A DNA stretch of 63,218 nt, counting the filler, from Candidatus Babelota bacterium (GTDB taxonomy: Bacteria > JAGOBX01), in assembly GCA_017999075.1 (NCBI GenBank). It is 12 parts of 12 records of this genome, joined end to end, with 100 filler letters (N's around TTAATTAATTAA, not from the genome) between each part and the next. Parts side by side here need not be neighbours in the genome. Positions count along the whole stretch, not along the records: positions 1 to 12,535 come from JAGOBX010000053.1; 11 more parts are not named here. The stretch is one strand, 5' to 3'. Position 1 is the first letter of the stretch. Each line of letters starts with the position of its first letter. Of the stretch, positions 1-9,883 are shown piece by piece. A program made the translations under genes and the position numbers. The notes under the pieces were generated by a model. It worked only from the letters and a program-made list of their open reading frames with translations. It made no database searches and was not told the origin of the DNA.

Positions 1-147
1 CCAATATGTAGCAAGCCCTGTTTCAAGCGTTTTTTTCCATGATTCCTCATTCATAAAAGCAACCATTAAAACTTCTCCTGTTTTATAGTCCTGAGCAACC
101 GCAGGAAGCAATCCTCCATCAATTTTGCTGAAATCCAGTTTTACCAT
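1..147 (-). CDS. hisI: Phosphoribosyl-AMP cyclohydrolase, N-terminal part (runs off window)
   Basis: Manual translation (not in ORF track): [49 protein letters not shown], typical HisI N-terminus. Confidence 0.93.
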   Translation of the reverse strand, partial: MVKLDFSKIDGGLLPAVAQDYKTGEVLMVAFMNEESWKKTLETGLATYW

Positions 148-251
148 AATATTCAACCCCTAAATCCGATTATCCCGTAAAATTTATTTTATTACAAAAA
201 ATAAATAATAATAATTTTATTTATTAAGTCAATAAAATTTTTAAAAATTGT

Positions 252-281
252 TTGACAAAAATAAAAAAAAAATTATAAAAT
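252..281 (+). promoter_or_regulatory. Putative sigma70 promoter for the rpiB operon
   Basis: TTGACA 252-257; TATAAA 274-279 or TAAAAT 276-281; GGAG RBS at 299-302. Confidence 0.55.
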
Positions 282-313
282 TAAAGTTTAAATTTTGTGG
301 AGAGTAAAATAAT

Positions 314-763
314 ATGAAAATTGTAATAGCGTCAGATCATGGCGGGTTTGAATTAAAAGAAAAATTAAAGTTATATCTATTATCAAAAGGTTATGAAGTT
401 CGAGATATCGGAACATATTCGGAATCTTCTGTTGACTATCCAGATTATGGATTTAAAGCAGGAGAAATAGTTGCTTCAGGCCAGGCAGAAAGAGGGATAG
501 TTATTTGCGGGTCCGGAATAGGCATATCTATTGCCGCAAATAAAGTAAAAGGAATACGGGCTGCTTTATGTCATTCTGCTGAATATGCAAAATTATCGCG
601 TGAACATAACAACGCCAATGTGCTTGCGTTAGGCGGAAGATTTCTAAGTTATGAGGAAGCTAATGAAATTGTAGAAGTATGGCTTAATACCGAATTTTCA
701 GGAGGAAGACATCAAAAACGAGTTGATAAATTAACGGAGTGTAATATAAATGGAAACAAATAG
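314..763 (+). CDS. rpiB: Ribose 5-phosphate isomerase B
   Basis: [27 protein letters not shown] and GGRHQKRV motifs. Confidence 0.97.
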   Translation: MKIVIASDHGGFELKEKLKLYLLSKGYEVRDIGTYSESSVDYPDYGFKAGEIVASGQAERGIVICGSGIGISIAANKVKGIRAALCHSAEYAKLSREHNNANVLALGGRFLSYEEANEIVEVWLNTEFSGGRHQKRVDKLTECNINGNK

Positions 764-1217
764 ACCTGATTGGAATGATTATTTTATGGAAATAGCCAGA
801 CTGGTAGGAACCCGATCAACTTGTATAAGGAGGAAAGTTGGAGCAATTATTGTCAAAGATAAAAGAATACTTGCCACAGGATATAATGGAGTACCAAAAG
901 GAATAGAACATTGTACAGAACAATCATGTATAAGAAATATAAATAATATTCCATCAGGTCAGAGGCACGAGCTTTGTATGGGGCTGCATGCAGAGCAGAA
1001 CGCTATAATACAGGCCGCTGTTTATGGAGTTTCTATATCGGAGTCTGAAATTTACTGTACATTTCAGCCGTGCATTGTATGCGCTAAAATGATAATAAAT
1101 GCAGGAATAAAAAAAATTGTATTTGAAGGAAGCTATCCTGATGAGTTATCATTGAAGCTTTTAAATGAATCAAAAATTGAATTAGTAAAATATTCTAAAA
1201 AATGCATTTCAGAATAA
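750..1217 (+). CDS. dCMP deaminase (ComEB-like zinc-dependent deaminase)
   Basis: [25 protein letters not shown] and PCIVC zinc motifs. Confidence 0.93.
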   Translation: METNRPDWNDYFMEIARLVGTRSTCIRRKVGAIIVKDKRILATGYNGVPKGIEHCTEQSCIRNINNIPSGQRHELCMGLHAEQNAIIQAAVYGVSISESEIYCTFQPCIVCAKMIINAGIKKIVFEGSYPDELSLKLLNESKIELVKYSKKCISE

Positions 1218-1235
1218 GGAGCGTATATTTGTGTT

Positions 1236-1508
1236 ATGGAAGATGAATTTATAATTAAATGTCCCTGCTGCAGCGCTGACTTGACTATTGATAAACAAAC
1301 AGGCAGAATTCTTAAACATGAGTCTGTCAGTCAGCAGAAATCAAAAATGTCTTTTGATGAACTCATGAAAGAACAGCAGGATAAAAAAAAACAGCTTAAC
1401 TCAAAATTCGATATGCTGTTTGATCAGGAAAAAAATAAAAAAGAATTAATGGAAAAAGAATTTGAAAAAGCTAAATCAAAATTTGACAGTAAAAATTTAA
1501 AGATATAA
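1236..1508 (+). CDS. Small hypothetical protein with N-terminal CPCC knuckle and coiled-coil tail
   Basis: IKCPCCSADLTID followed by a charged helical C-terminus; AGGAG upstream. Confidence 0.7.
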   Translation: MEDEFIIKCPCCSADLTIDKQTGRILKHESVSQQKSKMSFDELMKEQQDKKKQLNSKFDMLFDQEKNKKELMEKEFEKAKSKFDSKNLKI

Positions 1509-1520
1509 AACAAAATTCAT

Positions 1521-2501
1521 ATGTTAATTTCAATAATAGCTGTTAATTGGAACGGAGAAAAAATATTAGAAAAATTTATTGAAAATCTTATTTCTATAAA
1601 TTACGCAGATAAAGAAATAATAATTGTTGATAATGGTTCTTGCGACAATTCTGTAGAAATTTTAAAGAAATATAAACAAATAAAATATTATGTCCTTAAA
1701 AAAAATTTGGGGTTTGCAGGAGGAAACAATTTCGGTATAAGGCAGAGCTCCGGAGATTATCTGATGCTTGTAAATACAGACGTTATATGCCCGCCTGATA
1801 TTTTAATCGGATTCAGCGAATATTATAATAAATTACCGGAATCAGTTGCAGAAAAAAAAGGAGCGTTTATGCCTGTGATTCTGTTAGCTGATGGAAAAAT
1901 TAATAGTCTTGGGAGTTATTTGTATAAAGATTTTCATCCGTATAATATAGGGTTTAATGAAGAACACACAAAAATTGATGAGTTTTTAAAGTTACGGAAA
2001 CCAACAGGGTTTTACGGCGCATGTGTTTTTATAAATAAAAAAATGATAGAAGATATAGGTTTTTTTAATGAAGAATATTTTTTATATCACGAAGAAACCG
2101 ATCTTGCCATAAGAGGATTATGTAAAGGATGGCAATATGACATTATACGGAATATACAGATTGAACATCTCCATTCATATTCTTCGGTAGAATTATCGTT
2201 TAAAAAAATTTTTTACAGCGAACGGAACAGATTATTTAATTTGATTAAATACGGGCTGTTATCTGAAATTTTAACATCTCCATATTATACTTTAACAAGA
2301 TATTTCAAAACATTGTTTAATAAAAAACTGCTGCATTCAAAAAAAACTCAAACTTCTGTTTTTTCAAAATTTGTTATCCCTGCTGCAATAATGTCAGCTT
2401 ATGCAGCACTAATATTTTATATTGATTCTTTATTTTATTTCAGATATAAAAATAAAATTAAAAACAGAGATTTTTTGGTCACTTTTAAAAATGTTATTTA
2501 A
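1521..2501 (+). CDS. Glycosyltransferase family 2 (rhamnosyltransferase-like)
   Basis: ISIIAVNWN, IIVDNGS, NLGFAGGNN, VNTD and FLYHEETDL motifs. Confidence 0.92.
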   Translation: MLISIIAVNWNGEKILEKFIENLISINYADKEIIIVDNGSCDNSVEILKKYKQIKYYVLKKNLGFAGGNNFGIRQSSGDYLMLVNTDVICPPDILIGFSEYYNKLPESVAEKKGAFMPVILLADGKINSLGSYLYKDFHPYNIGFNEEHTKIDEFLKLRKPTGFYGACVFINKKMIEDIGFFNEEYFLYHEETDLAIRGLCKGWQYDIIRNIQIEHLHSYSSVELSFKKIFYSERNRLFNLIKYGLLSEILTSPYYTLTRYFKTLFNKKLLHSKKTQTSVFSKFVIPAAIMSAYAALIFYIDSLFYFRYKNKIKNRDFLVTFKNVI

Positions 2502-2515
2502 ATTTACAGTCAAGT

Positions 2516-3565
2516 ATGAGTCAATTATACGAATATATTAATTACAATGATTTATTTTTTTCCGAAAATGCCGCAGAATTGGAAACTATAAAAAAACTTT
2601 TTGATAAGAAACATATTGTTTACAAAGTAAAATTTGATGATATTTCAGGACAAATACTTAATATTTTGTTCTCCCGCAATTTTATAATCAGCGTGAATGA
2701 AAAACAAATTGATGATGCAACAGAAATTATAAAAAAAAATATAAATGATTATTCGAAAAAAATATTTTTTTCCTCTGATATATTGAATATCCCTGTTTCT
2801 GTAAATCCTGAGCGCTTCAGCGGATTGGAAAAAACTTCTTTAAAAAATAATTGCAGCCGGCGTTCTTTTTTTATAATAAAAATTTTTATTTTAATAGTTT
2901 CTATATTATTATTAAACGGAACCAAAAAAATTTTTAATAATTATTTCCTGCAGCATTTGGAAAAAAACAATTTTAATAAAGAAAAAAATATAATTCACTC
3001 TAAAATTTTTGAATCGAAAGATAATGACGAACTTATTTCTGATAAATGTGCAGATAATGTTATATCAGAAGAATCAGCTGAACCTTATGAAAAAATAACC
3101 AAACCATTAAAATCTTCTCAAAAATCAGAAAAAATAATTTACAGAAATCCTGATGACAGCCTGATTTTAAAACCGGAAATTCCGGCAGGTCGAAATATTG
3201 ATTTTAAAAAAAAAATTCAGAAAGAAAATTTCAAGAAAAAAACCGGCATACCCTCTCAAAAGCTTGATTATGTTAATGTAACTTTTAATATCGATAAATT
3301 AAACATTGATGAAAAATTCGGACTCGAACGCAACGCATTTTTTTATTACAAATCCGGAATGTATAAAGATGCTCTTGATTTGTTTAAAAAGCTTGAATCT
3401 GTTAACCCTGAAAAACTTGAGTATAAATATTTCACTGTAAAATGTTATATTGAATTGAAAATGTATGAAGATGCTTTAAAATTACTTAATGAAACAAAAA
3501 TTTCTAATATAAAAAACAAAGAGATAGAAAATCTTTTCAAATATGTTCCTGCTGTAAAAAAATAA
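2516..3565 (+). CDS. Membrane-anchored protein with C-terminal TPR and possible DUF2007-like N-terminus
   Basis: One TM segment (FFIIKIFILIVSILLL); C-terminal AFFYYKSGMYKDALDLFKK...CYIELKMYEDALKLL TPR pattern. Confidence 0.6.
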   Translation: MSQLYEYINYNDLFFSENAAELETIKKLFDKKHIVYKVKFDDISGQILNILFSRNFIISVNEKQIDDATEIIKKNINDYSKKIFFSSDILNIPVSVNPERFSGLEKTSLKNNCSRRSFFIIKIFILIVSILLLNGTKKIFNNYFLQHLEKNNFNKEKNIIHSKIFESKDNDELISDKCADNVISEESAEPYEKITKPLKSSQKSEKIIYRNPDDSLILKPEIPAGRNIDFKKKIQKENFKKKTGIPSQKLDYVNVTFNIDKLNIDEKFGLERNAFFYYKSGMYKDALDLFKKLESVNPEKLEYKYFTVKCYIELKMYEDALKLLNETKISNIKNKEIENLFKYVPAVKK

Positions 3566-3599
3566 ATTTTTCCCCCCATCTAAAAAAATTTAAAAATAT

Positions 3600-3628
3600 T
3601 TGACAAATCAGACAAATGCAAATATTGT
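3600..3628 (+). promoter_or_regulatory. Putative sigma70 promoter for the TBDR-ECF operon
   Basis: TTGACA 3600-3605, 17-nt spacer, TATTGT 3623-3628; GACAAAT direct repeat overlaps the -35; GGAGGT RBS before 3686. Confidence 0.6.
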
Positions 3629-3685
3629 GTAGCTTCATTTATAAAATTGATTTTACCTGTTTTTGACTAGTGTGGGAGGTATATT

Positions 3686-5515
3686 TTGATAATGTATATT
3701 AATAGTTGTTTTCTGTTTTTATTTTATATATGTTTTTTTATATTCACAGTGTTTTTTAATAAATCAGAATTATATGCGCAGCAGGTTAAACTGGAAGATG
3801 TGATAGTTAAAGGATATCCTGTCAGGGATTCTGTCATTAAAGATTTTTCATTAAATAAAATTACAATCGGAAAAAAGGAAATAAGCAAAACTCATTATTT
3901 CGATGTTACGGATGTTTTAAAACAGCTTACAGGTTTAAACATAGTGAGCGAAGGAACTTTTGGAAACCGGCGAGTCGGCGATGGAAGAATTAAAATCAGA
4001 GGCAATAATGCCAAGCTGCTTATTGATGGAAGACCTGTCAGCATGGAAGTATTTAACTGCATTGTTGGAAATGTAATGACTCTGAATAATGTAGAAAAAA
4101 TCGAAGTGATAAAAGGTGGAGAATCAGTTCTTTACGGGAGTGACGGAATCGGCGGGATTATAAACATAATAACTGAAATGCCTGAAAAATATAAAACTGC
4201 CGTAACCGCAAATTTCGGCAGTTTCACTTCAAAATCATTCTATCTTTCAACCCAAAACAAAATTGAAAATTTTTATTATTCTGCGGGATACGATTTAAAG
4301 CGGACTGATGGAGATATTGTAAATACAAGATTGAAATCAAACGATTATTTTCTGAAAACCGGATATGAATTTTCAAAACATTTTACAGCTGAAATTTCAG
4401 GGAAATATTATGATGGAGATTTTGATGATCCTTATGAACTGGTTGACTGGGATATTGATAGAAAAGGATTAAATATTAATATACGCGGCGATATCAGTAA
4501 AAATAATTATTATTCCGTTCAATACGGATTAAAAAGGGGAGAACATAAAAGTTATTATTTATCCGGAGGAAATTTGAAATTTCATTCCAGAGATTTTCTT
4601 GATGAATTCAGATCATATCAAAACATCAATTTTTCAAGGACAAAAATAATATATGGTTTTGATTACAGGAATTATGGTGGACAAATTTTAAATCAGGTGT
4701 GGGCACATTCCGAAAAAAAATCTGCTGATGAATATGCCCCGTATTTTTCTGTAAACCAGAAAATAAAAAATATGTTCGATTTGACTGCAGGATTGAGATA
4801 TAATCATAACAGTTTATACCACGGAATATATTTGCCGAAATTCGGACTCGTAAAGAACATTCACAATAAATGGAAATTTGGAATATCCGCTAACAAATCT
4901 TTTCGAACACCGTCATCATTACAGGCGCAGATTAATAAATTTGCAGGCAATTCTGAGTTGAATCCCGAACAGTCATGGACATACGAATTAAATACGGGTT
5001 TTAAAAAGGAAAATCTTATTAGTATTGACTTTTCTATTTTTAAAATAGAAGGGAAAGATAGAATTATTAATCAGAGCGGTAAATTCAGAAATATTGATAA
5101 ATATAAACATTATGGTATGGAAATGGAATTTACAAAACAAATAATTTCAGAGATATCAGGAACAGCAGGATATAGTTATATTTACACCGGAAAAGACACT
5201 ATAAATCAATTCCGTAATAAAATAAATTTTTTAGTAGAATATAAAAAAGAAAAATTTAATGCTGTTTTAAACGGTATATATGTAAACAAATTGTACGCTG
5301 GTTCTGATAAAACTTTAAGATTGCCTGATTATACAAAAATAGATTTGAAATGCAAATATGAATATAATTCTGCGCTTAATTTTGTGGTTGAACTTGATAA
5401 TATACTGAATAAAAAATATTCTATGAGTTATGACGACGGAGTTTATACAGGTTCATCTAAACCTATATGGAGTCCAGGATTCGGAATATTTGCAGGAATA
5501 GAAACTGTATTTTGA
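3686..5515 (+). CDS. TonB-dependent receptor (BtuB/CirA-like)
   Basis: Signal peptide, TonB-box-like EDVIVKG, plug motifs LLIDGRP and VEKIEVIKGGESVLYGSDGIGGIINIIT, LNPEQS, NILNKKY, C-terminal Phe. Confidence 0.95.
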   Translation: MIMYINSCFLFLFYICFFIFTVFFNKSELYAQQVKLEDVIVKGYPVRDSVIKDFSLNKITIGKKEISKTHYFDVTDVLKQLTGLNIVSEGTFGNRRVGDGRIKIRGNNAKLLIDGRPVSMEVFNCIVGNVMTLNNVEKIEVIKGGESVLYGSDGIGGIINIITEMPEKYKTAVTANFGSFTSKSFYLSTQNKIENFYYSAGYDLKRTDGDIVNTRLKSNDYFLKTGYEFSKHFTAEISGKYYDGDFDDPYELVDWDIDRKGLNINIRGDISKNNYYSVQYGLKRGEHKSYYLSGGNLKFHSRDFLDEFRSYQNINFSRTKIIYGFDYRNYGGQILNQVWAHSEKKSADEYAPYFSVNQKIKNMFDLTAGLRYNHNSLYHGIYLPKFGLVKNIHNKWKFGISANKSFRTPSSLQAQINKFAGNSELNPEQSWTYELNTGFKKENLISIDFSIFKIEGKDRIINQSGKFRNIDKYKHYGMEMEFTKQIISEISGTAGYSYIYTGKDTINQFRNKINFLVEYKKEKFNAVLNGIYVNKLYAGSDKTLRLPDYTKIDLKCKYEYNSALNFVVELDNILNKKYSMSYDDGVYTGSSKPIWSPGFGIFAGIETVF

Positions 5516-5530
5516 AGATTTTCTAAACTT

Positions 5531-6055
5531 ATGAAAAAAAGCCGAGAATTAATAATTATTTCTATAACTATAGTGCTTGGAATACTGCTTCCTTTTGCAT
5601 TTCATTTCATAAAAGCCGGAGGAATTATTTTTTTACCTATGTATTATCCTATAATAATATCAGGTTTTTTGATTAGTCCAGGGTCTGCACTAATAGCTGG
5701 TTTTTTAACGCCATTAATATCTGCTGTTTTAACAGGTATGCCTCCGTTAAATCCTCCTATAGCTTTACAGATGTCTATTGAACTTTTAATTCTTGGTTTT
5801 ACAACATCATTTTTATTTAATAAATTTAAATTCAATTATTACATTGTATCAATTTTCTCTATTTTATTAAACCGCGTTGTATTTATTTTAATGGGTTTCA
5901 TTATGTCAGAAATTTATGATTTGCCCTTTAAATCAAAAATAATATCAGAATTAACAGTCTCATTACCCGGTATTTTTATAATGATATTTATTCTGCCTGT
6001 TTTAGTGAAAATTATAAAAACAAAATTAATTAGAATTGAATCAATATATGAATGA
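5531..6055 (+). CDS. ECF transporter S component
   Basis: Hydrophobic 174-aa protein with FLPMYYPIIISG (LPMH-type) and TPLISAVLTGMPP; T and A components downstream. Confidence 0.85.
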   Translation: MKKSRELIIISITIVLGILLPFAFHFIKAGGIIFLPMYYPIIISGFLISPGSALIAGFLTPLISAVLTGMPPLNPPIALQMSIELLILGFTTSFLFNKFKFNYYIVSIFSILLNRVVFILMGFIMSEIYDLPFKSKIISELTVSLPGIFIMIFILPVLVKIIKTKLIRIESIYE

Positions 6056-6641
6056 AAAAAGGAAATATTTCAATTCTCTTGCGGAAAAATGGGACAAAAT
6101 TATGCCTGTTTTTTCGGATGAAAAATTCAGAATGCACTTATCTGAATTAAAAATTTCATGCGATGACAGAATTCTTGACATAGGAGCAGGAACAGGAATT
6201 CTTCGCCGGCATTTAATAAATCAAGGCGTTAAATTTAAAAATATAGTTGCTATAGATATTGCCGAACAAATGCTTAAAAATTATAGAATGAAATTTTCAG
6301 AACATATGAATTTGGTTTGTTCTGATGCCCATTATATTTCTCTGCACAACTGTTCATTTGATAAAATAATTTGTTTTTCTGCTTTCCCCCATTTTAAAGA
6401 TAAAAAAAAAGTTCTTGAAGAATTCCGCAGATTATTGAAAAAAGAAGGGAAAATACTGATTTTACATTTTGATTCAAGTTCGGATTTAAATTCTATGCAC
6501 GGGAAATACGGTACAGTTGTAGAAAAAGATTTGCTCCCCGATATTAATGAATTAAAAAAAATAATTTGTGATATGGGCTTTATTCAAATACGGTTAACAG
6601 AAAAAAAAGGATTATATTTTGCATTGTTTCAAAAAAAATAA
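6048..6641 (+). CDS. Class I SAM-dependent methyltransferase
   Basis: YFNSLAEKWD, ILDIGAGTG, FDKIICFSAFPHF; ATG at 6048 overlaps the upstream stop. Confidence 0.9.
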   Translation: MNEKRKYFNSLAEKWDKIMPVFSDEKFRMHLSELKISCDDRILDIGAGTGILRRHLINQGVKFKNIVAIDIAEQMLKNYRMKFSEHMNLVCSDAHYISLHNCSFDKIICFSAFPHFKDKKKVLEEFRRLLKKEGKILILHFDSSSDLNSMHGKYGTVVEKDLLPDINELKKIICDMGFIQIRLTEKKGLYFALFQKK

Positions 6642-7251
6642 TAATATCATATATTTAAATTTTTTTATTTTAATCGTTTTTCTTATTATCGGAGCAGTAT
6701 TGCCTCTAAAATTTTTATATATTTTTTTTATTTCTTTATTATGTTTTCTTATCATATATAAAATTGATTTTATAAAATTTTTAAGGAATCAAAAATTTAT
6801 TTTATTGATCTTTTTTTTGAATTTGCCGCTGCTTCTGTATTTTTATTTAGAAAAAATTCTTTTTGAAACCGGAACTGATTTTGTTTCTCAAATAAAAATA
6901 ATAACAAATTTAAGTTTAAGGACTTCGGCAGCTTTTTTAGCGATCAATTTTTATAAAAAAATAAATAGTTTCAGCGATACGTTAAAAATATTATTAAAAA
7001 TAAAAATACCCTTAAAACTGATTTTAATAATAATTATTTCTATTAAATTGATGATAATGTTTAAAATAGAACTGAATAATTTCTTACGCAATTTTAAATT
7101 GAAAGTTAATGACCATAAATTAAAATATTTTTTTATAATGGTTCGTAAAATACTTATTCATTTTTATACGCAGGCAGAAAAATATTCGTGTTATCTGTCG
7201 TTAAAAAATTTAAATAATAAACCTGAATATTTAAAAATAATTTTTAAATGA
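6619..7251 (+). CDS. ECF transporter transmembrane T component (CbiQ/EcfT-like, divergent)
   Basis: Multi-TM protein with a LKILLKIKIPLKL coupling-helix-like segment, located between the S component and the ATPase. Confidence 0.65.
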   Translation: MHCFKKNNNIIYLNFFILIVFLIIGAVLPLKFLYIFFISLLCFLIIYKIDFIKFLRNQKFILLIFFLNLPLLLYFYLEKILFETGTDFVSQIKIITNLSLRTSAAFLAINFYKKINSFSDTLKILLKIKIPLKLILIIIISIKLMIMFKIELNNFLRNFKLKVNDHKLKYFFIMVRKILIHFYTQAEKYSCYLSLKNLNNKPEYLKIIFK

Positions 7252-7257
7252 AAAAAT

Positions 7258-7953
7258 ATGCTTGAAATAAAATCTCTTTACTTTTCTTATGATAAACCTG
7301 AAAACGGGTATGTTTTGAAAAATATTGATTTTGCTATTGATAAAGAAGATTCGCTTGCTTTGATAGGTGCAAACGGCAGCGGAAAAACAACATTGTTTTT
7401 GATGTTAACCGGGTTGTATAAGTTTAAAGGCGATATAATAATAGATAAATTGAATTTAAAAAAATACGATGAAAAAGTTTTAAGAAAAAAAATAGGAATA
7501 ATTTTTCAGAATGCCGATGAGCAGTTGTTTATGCCTACTGTATATGACGAATTAAAATTGTCATTAGCTCAACATTACGGTTTTTTAGATGAATCTAAAA
7601 TAGATTATTATTTAAAATGTTTTAATATAGAATCTTTAAAATTCAGAAAAATCGAAAATTTGTCGGCTGGCGAGAAAAAAAAAGTTGCGTTAGTTTCGAT
7701 ATTAATTTATTCACCTGATATTTTACTTCTTGACGAACCGACTGCATTCCTTGATTTAAAAGGATGCAGTGAATTGATCCGCATAATAAATGAACAAAAA
7801 ATTACTAAAATAATTTCAACGCACAATTATTTTTTTGCCAAGGAATGCTGCAATAAGGCGCTGCTTTTGAAAAAAGGAGAAATTTGCGCTTTTGACGAAT
7901 TGGATAAAATAATAAGCGATAAAGAATTGCTTAGTAAGGCTGAAATAATATAA
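7258..7953 (+). CDS. ECF/CbiO-type ABC ATPase
   Basis: GANGSGKTT, IFQNADEQLFMPTV, LSAGEKK, LLLDEPTAFLD, STH. Confidence 0.93.
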   Translation: MLEIKSLYFSYDKPENGYVLKNIDFAIDKEDSLALIGANGSGKTTLFLMLTGLYKFKGDIIIDKLNLKKYDEKVLRKKIGIIFQNADEQLFMPTVYDELKLSLAQHYGFLDESKIDYYLKCFNIESLKFRKIENLSAGEKKKVALVSILIYSPDILLLDEPTAFLDLKGCSELIRIINEQKITKIISTHNYFFAKECCNKALLLKKGEICAFDELDKIISDKELLSKAEII

Positions 7954-8040
7954 TACAAAAATAGAATTGTTTTTTTTGAAATATTTTTTATCATTATCAA
8001 GTATATTCATTTTTATTTATTTTTTCAGGGAGCAATAATT

Positions 8041-8643
8041 ATGATTAAACATTTTATAATAATTATATTTTTCTTTTTCATGTTTTACAATTTAGGGTTC
8101 GGCATTGTTGCCGTTTCAAGTGAAGAGCAGCCGGCGTTAGAAGAACCTAAAATAGTTTATTCATTTAATAACGAGGAAGAAATTAAAGAATTTGCCCAGT
8201 TCGCCCAGTTTAAATTTACTGTTATAAATAAAATTTCAGTTCTTGAAAATTATATAAATCTTGAAAAAAATAATCTTGATGAGATAAACGGACAGCTGCT
8301 CCTGAAATATAAAATTGATCCATCTAAAAATTATTCGCTTGATACTAAAGAAAAAAAAATTTTTGAAACTGAAACAGATTCCGTTCCTGAAATTCAGAAA
8401 AAGGAACCTTCCAGCAAACTGATTTACAATTTTGTTTCAGATGATGACATCAAAAATTTTGTAGCTATGATACAAATAAAACAATCAGTTTTAAACAGAA
8501 TAACTGTTTTACAGGATTATTTATTATCCGAAAAAAATAATATTGACCGAATCAACGGCCAACTTATTTTAAAATATAAGATTGACCCTTCTAAAAATTA
8601 TTCACTTGATCCTGATAAAAAAATAATTGTTGAAACAAAATAA
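8041..8643 (+). CDS. Exported hypothetical protein with two tandem ~75-aa repeats
   Basis: Signal peptide; INGQLxLKYKIDPSKNYSLD occurs twice. Confidence 0.8.
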   Translation: MIKHFIIIIFFFFMFYNLGFGIVAVSSEEQPALEEPKIVYSFNNEEEIKEFAQFAQFKFTVINKISVLENYINLEKNNLDEINGQLLLKYKIDPSKNYSLDTKEKKIFETETDSVPEIQKKEPSSKLIYNFVSDDDIKNFVAMIQIKQSVLNRITVLQDYLLSEKNNIDRINGQLILKYKIDPSKNYSLDPDKKIIVETK

Positions 8644-8722
8644 TCCTCTTGTATAAAAATTACAGAAAAGCAGCAATTTTTCAAAATTATATTTAATTTT
8701 TCCTGATTAAATATAATTTTAA

Positions 8723-9883
8723 TCAATTTGAATTTTTTATTTTTAATACAGGAATCACTCCGGTATTATTTTTATTATACAAATCTATATATGAATATCT
8801 GAGTATAGGCAATACAAGCAATGTAACCGGATTGTTTTTGTATTTTAAAGTCGAACTTAATTTTTCAGTATCATAAATAAAATTTCTGCCATACGGAAGA
8901 TTTAAAATTCCTAACATATAGTAATTTCCGTTTTCCTGATAATATATCGCGCATATTTTATTGCATTTTTCTGCGCCTGTAATTCCAAGAGACATAATAA
9001 CTTTTTTTAAAAATGAAAGATCAAATGAAGTAAAAATTTCATAACCATTATTGGTCAAGTTAATAAAATTTTTTTGATTAATTAAATAATCTTTAAGATA
9101 ATAAAGCATTAAATCATATGATATTCCAGCATCTAAATCATTAAGATACCCTTCATTTTGCACAAAATTAATATTTTTGACGTTAGGTTCAGGATTTTCA
9201 GATTGCCCAATATTGAATTCGTCCGGAAAATATTTTTTGACAAAATTTACAATACTTAAATATTTTTCTTTCATCAAATCAAATTTGAAATTATTTGACT
9301 GAACATGAAAATTAATGTTAGCTAAACAGTAAAGAAGTTCAGCATCACTGAGTTGAGTTATAGTTTTATTAAATAAAAAATATGCTATTGATTCCAATCC
9401 ATAGATACTTTCGGAAAATTTTAAATAATTTATTATTAGTTCTTTGAAATCAAGATCACCCAAATTTTTTCTAAGTTTCGAAATCAGCATTCGTGACTTG
9501 AGCGAATCATCAAAAAAATAAATTTCTTTTAAAATATAATTTTTATAAACGTCTTCAGTTGAAATATTTTTAATGCTGTTCTCTTTATAAAATTCCGGCA
9601 AAAATGTTATAAGGTATTCTTTGTTGAAAAGCAAAGACCATATTTTTTCTTTAACTTCAGACGGGTTTGTGTAAAACCTGAATTGTTTATCAAATAAATA
9701 ATACAGCGGTTTTTGGTCAACGTCATAAATAACAGAAGTTTTGGAAATTTTGAATTTTTCAATTTTTGTTTTATCGGGCATAGAAAAATAATCAACAAGA
9801 ATAGAATAATAAACCGCAATCAAAACCAATATTACAAAAATCGAATAGGTAATAATTTTTAAAAATTTATATAAAAAAATCAT
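8723..9883 (-). CDS. Degenerate transglycosylase (PBP1A N-terminal-like) membrane protein
   Basis: N-terminal TM, KTSVIYDVDQK, IYGLESIAYFLFNKTITQLSDAEL and NGYEIFTSFD resemble class A PBP motifs; EDxRF and GxSTITQQ are absent. Confidence 0.65.
   Translation of the reverse strand: MIFLYKFLKIITYSIFVILVLIAVYYSILVDYFSMPDKTKIEKFKISKTSVIYDVDQKPLYYLFDKQFRFYTNPSEVKEKIWSLLFNKEYLITFLPEFYKENSIKNISTEDVYKNYILKEIYFFDDSLKSRMLISKLRKNLGDLDFKELIINYLKFSESIYGLESIAYFLFNKTITQLSDAELLYCLANINFHVQSNNFKFDLMKEKYLSIVNFVKKYFPDEFNIGQSENPEPNVKNINFVQNEGYLNDLDAGISYDLMLYYLKDYLINQKNFINLTNNGYEIFTSFDLSFLKKVIMSLGITGAEKCNKICAIYYQENGNYYMLGILNLPYGRNFIYDTEKLSSTLKYKNNPVTLLVLPILRYSYIDLYNKNNTGVIPVLKIKNSN

Noticed and set aside
750-2501. 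In-frame succession of dCMP deaminase, CPCC protein and GT2 across TAA stops (possible readthrough fusion)
   Set aside because: The deaminase and GT2 have normal family termini and each ORF has its own ATG. Sharing a frame is expected by chance one time in three.
3566-3685. Cobalamin riboswitch before the BtuB-like receptor
   Set aside because: The region is short and AT-rich, with no B12-box or structured GC stems.
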